DNA from: Myxococcota bacterium
Lineage (GTDB): Bacteria; Myxococcota; B64-G9
DNA: 64,000 nt
Assembly: GCA_022710975.1 (NCBI GenBank)
Contig: JAKLGA010000011.1
Coordinates: forward strand, 177,842-241,841
Reading direction: 5' to 3'
A model generated the notes under the pieces. It was given only the letters and a program-made list of their open reading frames with translations, was not told the origin of the DNA and made no database searches. The translations under genes and the position numbers were made by a program. Positions 24,556-32,703 of this stretch are shown here, one piece after another (positions within the stretch are counted from its first letter, which is position 1; each line of letters begins with the position of its first letter).

Positions 24556-25857
24556 TCACTCGTTCAGGAACTCCTGCAGGTAGCGGTAGGCGGGCGTGAG
24601 CTGGCCCTGGTGGGCGACCACGGCCCGCTTGATCTCGGGCGGGAGCTCGAGCCGCTCGAAGGGCGCGCCGTAGTCGGCCCTGGCCAGCGCCTCGACGAAG
24701 GGCAGCAGCGCCCGCCCGAAGTCCAGGGAGGCATCGACCGGCAGCTCGCAGGGCAGGTTGTCCACCGCCAGCACCACCGGCCCGTGGCCCTCGACCCCGG
24801 AGACGATCTCGTCGTCCTGGACCAGGTAGGTGAACACCGGGTTGCCCGGGTCGGTGCTCTCCAGGGTGCACTCGATGGCCCCCTCGATGTCGCAGGAGAT
24901 GTCGCCGATCACCCGCAGGCGCGGTTTGGCCCCGGCGCCGTACAGCCCGTGCAGGAGGTCGCGGGTCACCAGGCGCGGGTAGCGGGGGGCCCAGTAGATG
25001 CAGTTGACCAGCACGGTCAGGTACGGCACGTACATGGCGAAGTCGCCCCGGTAGCGCTCCGGGTGCGAGAAGTAGTCCTGCAGCTCGAAGGCGCCCGACA
25101 GCGGGGCGACCATGTGCTCCTCGCGGAACACCACCTTGACCAGCTCGTGCGGGTTGGGCGTGGCCACGGCCTCGGCGACCTCGTGCGGCTGGACGCTGCG
25201 GATGGGCAGCAGGTCGAAGATCTCCTGGGCGCCCTGGGACACGTTGCCGTACCCGGTGAGCCCGACCACCACGGTGCCCAGCGCCGGGGGCAGCCCCTCC
25301 GTGGCGATGCGCTCGCCCACCTGGCGGATGCCCGCCTTGGCCGCTTCCAGGTTGGCGTAGGCGTGGGTGCGCTGGACCGCGCTGAACGGGGAGGGGAGGC
25401 CCTCGTGCTCCAGCCTGCGGCCGAGCGCCCACAGGGTGTCCAGCATCCCGGCCAGCCCGGCGTGGCGGCCGAAGAAGATCAGCCGCTTGCCCTTGTCGTC
25501 GGTCACCTTCTCGTAGTCGATCAGGGTGCACTTGAGGTCGAGCAGGCGCTGCAGCATGGGCATGTTGTGGGACTGGCCCTTGATGGTGTGGGAGAAGAAC
25601 ACGTAGGTGCGGTTGGGCTGCAGGTACTGGAGCGGGATCTCCTTGACCGCGAACACCGTCTGGCAGTCGGCCAGGTCCTTCTGGATGACCGCGCCCGCGT
25701 CCTGGTAGGCCTGGTCCTTGAAGGCCCGGTGGGCCGACGGCTGGACCGCCACGCCGATGCCCAGCCCGGCGAGGTGCTTGACCTGCTCCGGGGTGAGCGG
25801 GGCGCGGCGCTCCCAGATGTTCTTGTCTTCCTTGCGGATCCCGATCTTGGCTGGCAT
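24556..25857 (-). CDS. Lysine-ketoglutarate reductase-like enzyme (AlaDH/PNT fold; LYS1 / AASS-LKR-like)
   Basis: IGIRKEDKNIWERRAPLTPEQVKHL, ...FSHTIKGQ..., IDYE and GLTGYGNVSQGA closely resemble the LKR half of bifunctional aminoadipate-semialdehyde synthase. Confidence 0.82.
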   Translation of the reverse strand: MPAKIGIRKEDKNIWERRAPLTPEQVKHLAGLGIGVAVQPSAHRAFKDQAYQDAGAVIQKDLADCQTVFAVKEIPLQYLQPNRTYVFFSHTIKGQSHNMPMLQRLLDLKCTLIDYEKVTDDKGKRLIFFGRHAGLAGMLDTLWALGRRLEHEGLPSPFSAVQRTHAYANLEAAKAGIRQVGERIATEGLPPALGTVVVGLTGYGNVSQGAQEIFDLLPIRSVQPHEVAEAVATPNPHELVKVVFREEHMVAPLSGAFELQDYFSHPERYRGDFAMYVPYLTVLVNCIYWAPRYPRLVTRDLLHGLYGAGAKPRLRVIGDISCDIEGAIECTLESTDPGNPVFTYLVQDDEIVSGVEGHGPVVLAVDNLPCELPVDASLDFGRALLPFVEALARADYGAPFERLELPPEIKRAVVAHQGQLTPAYRYLQEFLNE

Positions 25858-25969
25858 GGCGTGGCCTCCACGACAGGGCTGGTCCCCTCGCTGGGGATGC
25901 CTCGTGTATGTCAGAAGCGCCCCTGGGTGTCAACCCCGGCCAGGCGATAAATGCCTACGGACCGGAGGG

Positions 25970-27430
25970 TTAGGACCGGAACAGGACCTGCTCCCGCCGG
26001 AACCACCAGGCCGCGGCCCACAGCAGCAGGCCGGCGCACACCGAGGTGGACAGGAAGATCAGCCCCATGTGCCCCCAGTGCTGGTCCAGGTTGCCGGTGA
26101 AGATCTCCTTGAGCGCCAGCGACACGTTGACCACCGGCATGGAGGCCATGAACCAGTCCAGCTCCACCCCGGGCAGGAAGGAGACGAAGGCCGGCATGAT
26201 CACCACGAGCTGCAGCGGGCCGGCGTAGGACTGGCCCTCCTTGAAGCTCTTGGCGAAGATGGACAGCGCCAGCAGCAGGGCGGAGAAGATGCAGCTCACC
26301 GGCAGGATCATGGCCAGCGCCATGGCCCCCTCCAGGAAGCTGAAGCTGAAGGTCCCGCCCGACAGGAGCGACAGCTCGGCCAGGAAGCCGATCTGCAGGC
26401 TGAGCCCCAGGCTGACGGTCGCCAGGACCGCGGACACCAGGGCCGCCAGCAGCACCACCAGGAACTTGCCCAGCACCAGCGACAGGCGGCTGACCGGCGC
26501 CACCAGCAGGGTCTCCAGGGTGCCGCGCTCCTTCTCGCCGGCCCCCAGGTCGATGGCCGGGTAGAGCGCCCCCAGGAAGGCGAAGATCAGGATCATGTAG
26601 GGCAGGAGCTGGCCCATGATCTTGATGAGCAGCCCGGGGCCCGGCAGCCGGGTGGGCTTGAGCTTGAGCGGCGAGGCCAGGCCCGGCGGGAGCTGGCGCT
26701 CGGCCAGGCGCTCGGCGGTGATGCGCTTGCCCATGGAGCGGAAGATGCCCTCCAGGCCCTTGAAGGCCAGCGTCGAGCGGTCGGACGAGTCCAGGTAGAA
26801 GACCTGCAGCTCGGCGGTGTCCCCGCGCGCCAGCCGCTCGCGCGCGTCCGCGGGCAGCAGCACCGCGGCCCCCAGCCGGTCCGTGCGCACGGCCTGCAGC
26901 AACACGGCTTCGCGCTGCGCGGGATCGCGCGGGTCGCCCAGGTCCTTGTCCAGCTCGGTCACCACCCGGAAGTTGGGCGGGAAGGCGCTGCCGATCAGGC
27001 TGGCCACGTTGGGCTCGAACTCCTGCGCCCCCATGAGCCCGCGCACCTCGCCCATGAGCTCGTCCCGGTCGATGCCGCGCGCCGTGAGCAGCCGCTCGAA
27101 GGCTCGCGGGTCCTCGCCCTTGACCAGGCTCAAGTCCTTCTCGGTCAGGCCCCTGGACTCGAGCAGCCGGCTGAGCTGCAGCGCGAGCCCCATGGGGTTG
27201 GAGCGCTGGCGGAGCTCCTCCACCAGGTCCGGCGCGGCCTCCGCGTTCAGCACCAGCACGTCCACCTGCTTGCGGGCCATCTTCTCCATGAAGGAGGTGA
27301 CCAGGTCGGCGGTCAGCCACATCATGAGCGGGATGGAGAGCGTGGGGATGACCAGCATGAACAGCAGCGTGCGCCGGTCGCGCAGCACGTCCAGCAGCTC
27401 CTTGCGGAACACGGTCCCCACGGCGCTCAT
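25970..27430 (-). CDS. ABC-2 type transporter permease (NatB-like)
   Basis: MSAVGTVFRKELLDVLRDRRTLLFMLVIPTL..., a large extracytoplasmic loop, and a C-terminal 5-TM bundle with GEKERGTLETLLVAP. Its start overlaps the ATPase stop by 4 nt. Confidence 0.85.
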   Translation of the reverse strand: MSAVGTVFRKELLDVLRDRRTLLFMLVIPTLSIPLMMWLTADLVTSFMEKMARKQVDVLVLNAEAAPDLVEELRQRSNPMGLALQLSRLLESRGLTEKDLSLVKGEDPRAFERLLTARGIDRDELMGEVRGLMGAQEFEPNVASLIGSAFPPNFRVVTELDKDLGDPRDPAQREAVLLQAVRTDRLGAAVLLPADARERLARGDTAELQVFYLDSSDRSTLAFKGLEGIFRSMGKRITAERLAERQLPPGLASPLKLKPTRLPGPGLLIKIMGQLLPYMILIFAFLGALYPAIDLGAGEKERGTLETLLVAPVSRLSLVLGKFLVVLLAALVSAVLATVSLGLSLQIGFLAELSLLSGGTFSFSFLEGAMALAMILPVSCIFSALLLALSIFAKSFKEGQSYAGPLQLVVIMPAFVSFLPGVELDWFMASMPVVNVSLALKEIFTGNLDQHWGHMGLIFLSTSVCAGLLLWAAAWWFRREQVLFRS

Positions 27431-28194
27431 GGCTGCACCCCCGCGCTCTCGACCAGGGCCACGAAGGCGTCGCCCACCCGACGGCTGGGGGCGCGGGCGC
27501 GCAGCGCGTCCAGCGGCTCGCAGGCCAGCAGCCGCCCGGCGTGGATCACCCCCACCCGGTCGCAGAGCTGGTCGACCTCGTCCATGATGTGGGTGGAGAA
27601 GATCACGCACTTGCCGCGCGCGCGGCAGTCCTGGACGAAGGCGACGATGGTGCGGGAGGTGAGCACGTCCAGGCCGGCGGTGGGCTCGTCGAAGATCATC
27701 ACCTCGGGATCGTGCAGCACCGAGCGCACGATGCTCACCTTCTGCTTCATGCCCGTGGAGAGCTTGTCGCAGCGCACGTCCGCGAAGCTCTGCATGCCGA
27801 AGAGCTCGAACAGCTCCTGCCGCCGGGCCTCGAGCGCCGCCGGCGCCATGCCGTGCAGGCGGCCGAAGTAGATCACCATCTCCCGGGCCGTCAGCCGGCC
27901 GTACAGGCTGGTCGCGGTCGACAGGAAGCCGATCCTCCGGCGCACCTCCTCGGGCCTGCGGACCACGGAGAAGCCGCACAGGCGCGCGTCCCCGGCGGTG
28001 GGGGACAGCATGGTGGACAGCACCCGGAGCGTGGTGGTCTTGCCGGCCCCGTTGGCGCCCAGGAGGCCGAAGATCTCCCCCGCGTGCGCGGTGAAGGACA
28101 CGTCGTCCACCGCCTTGATCTGCTTGTGCTTCGGGCCGCGGAAGACCTTGCTCAGGCCCTCCACCTCCACCCTGGCCGGCGTGCTCGCGTCCAT
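27427..28194 (-). CDS. ABC transporter ATP-binding protein (NatA-like)
   Basis: Walker A is GANGAGKTT, the signature is LSTGMKQK, and Walker B is VMIFDEPTAGLD. Confidence 0.92.
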   Translation of the reverse strand: MDASTPARVEVEGLSKVFRGPKHKQIKAVDDVSFTAHAGEIFGLLGANGAGKTTTLRVLSTMLSPTAGDARLCGFSVVRRPEEVRRRIGFLSTATSLYGRLTAREMVIYFGRLHGMAPAALEARRQELFELFGMQSFADVRCDKLSTGMKQKVSIVRSVLHDPEVMIFDEPTAGLDVLTSRTIVAFVQDCRARGKCVIFSTHIMDEVDQLCDRVGVIHAGRLLACEPLDALRARAPSRRVGDAFVALVESAGVQP

Positions 28195-28304
28195 GGGGCC
28201 TCCCAGCGAAGTTCGTACCCGAGCGGAGCGGAGCTGTCAAAGGTCGCGCCGCCTGTCCGTCCAATGGGTTGGAAAGTCGGCTGTTTTGTCGGCACCCGGA
28301 TCGG

Positions 28305-28331
28305 TGAAAACCTTTCGGCCCATCGGTCGTC
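28305..28331 (+). promoter_or_regulatory. ECF-type promoter candidate upstream of the second ECF sigma gene
   Basis: TGAAAAC (28305-28311), a 16-nt spacer, then CGTC (28328-28331), 35 nt before the GTG start. This resembles the GGAAC-N16-17-CGT pattern of autoregulated ECF promoters. Confidence 0.35.
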
Positions 28332-28365
28332 AGAGAACACCTAGAGGCCTGGAGGTGCCTGGCAG

Positions 28366-29043
28366 GTGGAAAAGCTGGCCTACGACCCGCCCGAGCTCGC
28401 CAGCGATTCGCTCGGCCCCCACGAACCGCGCTCCGCGCGGGCGCTCCTGGGCGACGAGACGCTGCTGCTCAGGCACGAGGCCGGGGACCCGCGGGCCTTC
28501 GACGAGCTCTTCCGCCGCTACCGCCAGCCGCTGTTCCACTTCATCCTGCGCTTCCTGCGGGACGAGTCGGCCAGCCAGGACGCGGTGCAGGACGTGTTCC
28601 TCAAGGTGCTGCGCCACCCGGGCTCGTTCGAGGCCCGCTCGCGCTTCTCGACCTGGCTGCACGCCATCGCCCGCAACCTGTGCCTGGACATGCTGCGCAA
28701 GCGCCGCCTGCGGAACCACCCCTCGCTCGACCAGCAGCTGCCCAACGAGAGCGGCGAGGCGAGCGGCCCCCCGCTGGTCGAGCGCCTGCGCGCGGACGGG
28801 CCGCCGCCCGACGAGGACGCCGCCCGCGGGCCGCTCCGGCTCAAGCTGCTGGTCGCCATCCGGGCCATCCCGCCCGAGCAGCGGCAGGTGTTTTTGCTGC
28901 GCGAGGTGGCCGGGCTGTGCTTCCAGGAGATCGCCCAGGAGTCGCGCATCTCGGTCAACACCGCCAAGAGCCGCATGCGCTACGCGCTCGGCAACCTGCG
29001 CCGCGCGCTGGACGCCCAGGGCGTGGACGCGGACGCGCTCTAG
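28366..29043 (+). CDS. ECF-type RNA polymerase sigma factor (225 aa)
   Basis: Region 2 reads FDELFRRYRQPLFHFILRFLRDESASQDAVQDVFLKV...FSTWLHAIARNLCLDMLRK. Region 4 reads EQRQVFLLREVAGLCFQEIAQESRISVNTAKSRMRYA. The start is GTG and there is no obvious cognate anti-sigma downstream. Confidence 0.85.
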   Translation: MEKLAYDPPELASDSLGPHEPRSARALLGDETLLLRHEAGDPRAFDELFRRYRQPLFHFILRFLRDESASQDAVQDVFLKVLRHPGSFEARSRFSTWLHAIARNLCLDMLRKRRLRNHPSLDQQLPNESGEASGPPLVERLRADGPPPDEDAARGPLRLKLLVAIRAIPPEQRQVFLLREVAGLCFQEIAQESRISVNTAKSRMRYALGNLRRALDAQGVDADAL

Positions 29044-29112
29044 CGGCTCCCCCCTGTCCACTCCGTCCACTTCGTCCACCGGGTCCACTCGATCGAGTTA
29101 CAATCCCTGTCC

Positions 29113-29850
29113 ATGGAACGCTGCACCGTCTACTTCGACACCGGCTTCTACCGGGACCTGGCCGCCCTGCCGGAGGCGGAGGCCGGGCCGGTGCTGGCCA
29201 GCCTGGACGAGCTCGGCGTCCGCACCGTGCTCTCCCCGGTGGTGCTCGAGGAGCTGCTCCAGGACGGGCGCGAGCCCGCGCTGGATCGGCGCCTGGCCGA
29301 CGCCCTGCTGTTCCTCCGGGAGCCGAGCCTGCGCCTCGCGCCTGACCTCAGCTGGGCCATGCTGAAGCTCGGGCCCGCGGAGCGGCGCGCGCTGGTCGCG
29401 CTGCACCGCCGGACCGGTCCGGTCCAGGCGCTGGGCGACGCGCTCGCCCTGCTGCCGCGCGCGGAGGGGACCGCCGCCGAGCGCAAGAAGCTCCAGGCCC
29501 AGCTCGACCGGAGGATCGCCCAGCTCGGCTTCGACGCGCTGCAGGGCTTCGGGGACGCGCGGGTGGACTGGCTGCTCGAGGCCGCGGGCCTGCTGCTGAA
29601 GGGGGCGGGCAAGGACCTGGGCGCCAGGGCGCCGGGCGGCCTGAAGCTCCGGGACCTGCGCCGGCAGGCCGAGCTGGTGCGCCACGCCGCCGAGATCGAT
29701 CTCTACCAGGCGGACCTGGCCGAGCTCGGCGCCCTCGCCCGCCAGGGCCCGGAGCACCCGCTGATCGCGGCCGGGCTCCTGCCGCGCTGCTTCGCCGTGG
29801 AGCCGGGCCAGCCGCTGGAGGCGCTCGCCGAGGTGCGCCGCCGAGGCTAG
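29113..29850 (+). CDS. Hypothetical cytoplasmic protein (245 aa), N-terminus faintly PIN-like
   Basis: ATG at 29113. VYFDTGFY...SPVVLEEL is reminiscent of the first two PIN-domain motifs. The rest is Ala/Leu-rich, helical and unrecognised. Confidence 0.55.
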   Translation: MERCTVYFDTGFYRDLAALPEAEAGPVLASLDELGVRTVLSPVVLEELLQDGREPALDRRLADALLFLREPSLRLAPDLSWAMLKLGPAERRALVALHRRTGPVQALGDALALLPRAEGTAAERKKLQAQLDRRIAQLGFDALQGFGDARVDWLLEAAGLLLKGAGKDLGARAPGGLKLRDLRRQAELVRHAAEIDLYQADLAELGALARQGPEHPLIAAGLLPRCFAVEPGQPLEALAEVRRRG

Positions 29851-29932
29851 GCGCGGTCTCGCTCGAGCCGGCTTGACATCCCTGACCCGCTCGTGGCTAA
29901 TGGCGCCTCCTTTATCCGGAGGATGGTGCGGC

Positions 29933-31033
29933 ATGCAGTTGTTCCAGCGGTTCCTGGGATTGGCACTGGTCGGGCTCCTCGGCACGGGTTGCGCGGCCTT
30001 CGATGGCAAGATCGCACCGATCGAGGTGTATGACTTCATGATCGAGGAGCACCCGGTCCAGAAGGCCGTGGTCACGGTGTTCTTCGAGAAGCCCGAGGTG
30101 GTGGACAACGACGAGGAGAAGGACTTCACCCCGATCGCCGACGCCTTCGCGCTCTCGCTCCGCCAGCGGCTGAGCGAGTACCTGTGCGCGCGCAGGCAGG
30201 TCATGGACCGCTGCATCGACCGGCCGGCCGAGGGGGCCTACCGCATGACCTCCAAGGTGGTCATGCGCGACTACCGGGCCGCGCACGGCGGTGCCCTGAT
30301 GTTCATCTTCGGCAGCCTGCTGCTGCCCCCGCTCCTCGGGGTGGCCTGGGCGTTTCCGGTCGCCCTGGGCAGCTGCGACTGGAGCCTGGAGCTCGCGCTG
30401 TACGCTCCCTCGGGCGAGGAGCTCTGGAAGAAGAGCATGATCCCCTCGGATGGGTCGTGGAGCTGCAGCGAGGGCGCAGACATCGCCGTCAGGCTCAACG
30501 AGGAGCTCGAGGAGGTCATCAGCGAGCTCTCCCAGACCGCGTCGACCTACGAGGAGGTGGCCGCCCGCGCGCGCGCGGCGGAGGCCAGGAAGCTCGCGGC
30601 CGCGCCGGCGCCCGCGCCCGGCAAGGCGTTCATCATCGCGGTGTTCACCCTCGAGGACCGCGGGGCCAAGCTCGGGGAGGACGTGCAGGAGCGCCTGAGC
30701 GAGTACCTGGCGTCCGCCATCGCGGCCTCGGGGCGTTACCAGGTCATCCCCCGCGTCCAGCTCAAGGAGCGGCTCGGGCTGCAGAAGACCGAGTCCTACA
30801 AGGTCTGCTACGACCAGAACTGCCAGATCGAGCTGGGCAAGGAGCTGGCGGCCGAGAAGTCGTTGTCCACCCAGGTCATCAAGCTGGGCGCGCGCTGCAT
30901 GGTGACGGCGGTGATCTTCGATCTCAAGACCGCGGCCAGCGAGGGCGGGGCGAGCCAGGAGGGCGGCTGCGGCGAGGACGAGCTGGCGGAGTCCATGAAG
31001 GAAGTGGTCGGCAAGCTCACCCAGGCCAGGTGA
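29933..31033 (+). CDS. Hypothetical lipoprotein (366 aa)
   Basis: GGAGGATGG lies upstream of the ATG at 29933. MQLFQRFLGLALVGLLGTGC is a lipobox signal. It has an internal hydrophobic segment, an Ala-rich linker and a C-terminal alpha/beta-looking domain (FIIAVFTLEDRG...RYQVIPR...). Confidence 0.8.
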   Translation: MQLFQRFLGLALVGLLGTGCAAFDGKIAPIEVYDFMIEEHPVQKAVVTVFFEKPEVVDNDEEKDFTPIADAFALSLRQRLSEYLCARRQVMDRCIDRPAEGAYRMTSKVVMRDYRAAHGGALMFIFGSLLLPPLLGVAWAFPVALGSCDWSLELALYAPSGEELWKKSMIPSDGSWSCSEGADIAVRLNEELEEVISELSQTASTYEEVAARARAAEARKLAAAPAPAPGKAFIIAVFTLEDRGAKLGEDVQERLSEYLASAIAASGRYQVIPRVQLKERLGLQKTESYKVCYDQNCQIELGKELAAEKSLSTQVIKLGARCMVTAVIFDLKTAASEGGASQEGGCGEDELAESMKEVVGKLTQAR

Positions 31034-31093
31034 CCGGGCTGGCCGCGCCCCCGCTCCCGGTCCACCTCCCCGCTGCCTTGGCGATCGCCTGCG

Positions 31094-31122
31094 TTGACAG
31101 GCCGGGCCGCCCTCAATACCAT
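31094..31122 (+). promoter_or_regulatory. Sigma-70-like promoter candidate for the FadL-like porin gene
   Basis: TTGACA (31094-31099), a 17-nt spacer, then TACCAT (31117-31122), 30 nt before the ATG at 31152. Confidence 0.4.
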
Positions 31123-31151
31123 GGCCGAACCGTCTGCGATTGGGGGTCTAC

Positions 31152-32657
31152 ATGCGCTCGCGTCTCGTCCCCGTGGCCCTGGTCCTCACTGCCCTCAGCC
31201 TGCCCGGCCTCGCCCTGGCCGGGCCGTTCCGCATGCTCGGCTTCGACACCCTGGCGCTCTCGCAGGGCGGCAGCGAGTCGGCCTACGGCCGGGGCATCGG
31301 CGTGCTGTACTCGAACCCGGCCCTGCTGGTGGACGTGCGGCCGGGCTTCAGCGTGAACTACATGTTCTTCCAGCCGTTCCTGAAGGTCGAGCTGATGGAC
31401 CGGCCGGCCAACGCGGACATCCCGCTCACCTTCTACGACTCCGACGTGGGCATCGAGGGCACGAACCTCGACCGGCCCCTGCCCACCGCGGAGCTCAGGC
31501 TGGCGCGCCACGACAACCAGGTGGACCAGACCTCCATGTACCTGAGCCTGGGCTTCGTGCACGACTTCGGCGTGGAGGACTTCCGCCTGGGGCTCGGGCT
31601 GTGGGTGCCCACCAGCGGGCTGCTGAACATCGAGAGCCAGTTCCCGGACGAGCGCGAGCAGTACTTCTCGAACACGGTGCACTTCACCCGCTTCGGCGAG
31701 TGGAGCGAGGTGCTGTCGCTGCTGCTCGGCCTGGCCTACCAGCCGCTCCCGTGGCTGGCCGTGGGCGCCTCGGCCGAGGTCGCGCTCGACATCGGCGCCA
31801 GCATCGACATGTACATCCCCGAGGCCACCGTGCAGGACTACGCCCTGGTCAACGCCGGCTTCGACGCCAAGCCCACCGTGCGGGCCATCGTGGGGATCAC
31901 CGGCCGGCCGCTCGACTGGCTCAGCTTCTCGCTCACCTGGCGCGACCGGCGCTTCTCCAAGGTGGACGCCACCGCCATGCTCAACCTGTGGAACTACCAC
32001 GAGGCCGGCGACGAGACCCTGCCCAAGCGGGTCGAGCAGCGCCACCTGATGGCGCTCGACTTCGAGCCCATGGAGATCGCGCTGGGGGCGGGCCTGCACC
32101 TCGGCGACTTCACCGGCCAGGTGTCGGTCACCTGGAACCACTGGGCGGACTTCCTGGACACGCACCACAAGCGGGCCCAGGAGAACGCCGTGTTCGAACC
32201 GGTGAACGAGGGCGACCCGACCATCGATGGCAGCGACTTCGCCTTCTCCGACACCTGGTCCCTGGTCGTGGGCGCCACCTACGAGTACCTCGAGGGCTTC
32301 ACCCTGGCGGCCGGCTTCAGCTACCGGCCGACCCCGGTGCCGGCCCAGGTGGGCCGCACCAGCTACGTCGACGCCGACCTGTTCATGGGCTCCCTCGGCC
32401 ACCGCTTCGAGTTCTCGCTGTGGGAGCAGAGCTTCCGCGCCGAGCTGGGCTTCCAGCTCTGGGGCATGCCACGCACCACGGTGTACAAGGATCCCGCCCT
32501 CATCAAGGACGAGTTCCCCGACCGGGCCAGGACGCTCATCGGCGGCCAGCCCATGCCCGAGGCCGAGGGGCTGCAGACCAACAACCCGGGCTTCCCCGGC
32601 TACGAGTTCGGCGGCCTGGCCCTGGCCGGTTCCCTCAGTTTGGCCTATCTTTTCTGA
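31152..32657 (+). CDS. Outer-membrane beta-barrel, FadL/TodX/OMPP1-like transport protein
   Basis: Signal peptide ...LPGLALAG. The N-terminus FRMLGFDTLALSQGGSESAYGRGIGVLYSNPALL is like the FadL hatch. Alternating beta-strand patterns follow, and the C-terminal ...LSLAYLF ends in Phe. Confidence 0.75.
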   Translation: MRSRLVPVALVLTALSLPGLALAGPFRMLGFDTLALSQGGSESAYGRGIGVLYSNPALLVDVRPGFSVNYMFFQPFLKVELMDRPANADIPLTFYDSDVGIEGTNLDRPLPTAELRLARHDNQVDQTSMYLSLGFVHDFGVEDFRLGLGLWVPTSGLLNIESQFPDEREQYFSNTVHFTRFGEWSEVLSLLLGLAYQPLPWLAVGASAEVALDIGASIDMYIPEATVQDYALVNAGFDAKPTVRAIVGITGRPLDWLSFSLTWRDRRFSKVDATAMLNLWNYHEAGDETLPKRVEQRHLMALDFEPMEIALGAGLHLGDFTGQVSVTWNHWADFLDTHHKRAQENAVFEPVNEGDPTIDGSDFAFSDTWSLVVGATYEYLEGFTLAAGFSYRPTPVPAQVGRTSYVDADLFMGSLGHRFEFSLWEQSFRAELGFQLWGMPRTTVYKDPALIKDEFPDRARTLIGGQPMPEAEGLQTNNPGFPGYEFGGLALAGSLSLAYLF

Positions 32658-32703
32658 TAGTTCCGTGGCAAACTCCTGCCGTGCCGGGAGGAGGATGGTC
32701 CCC

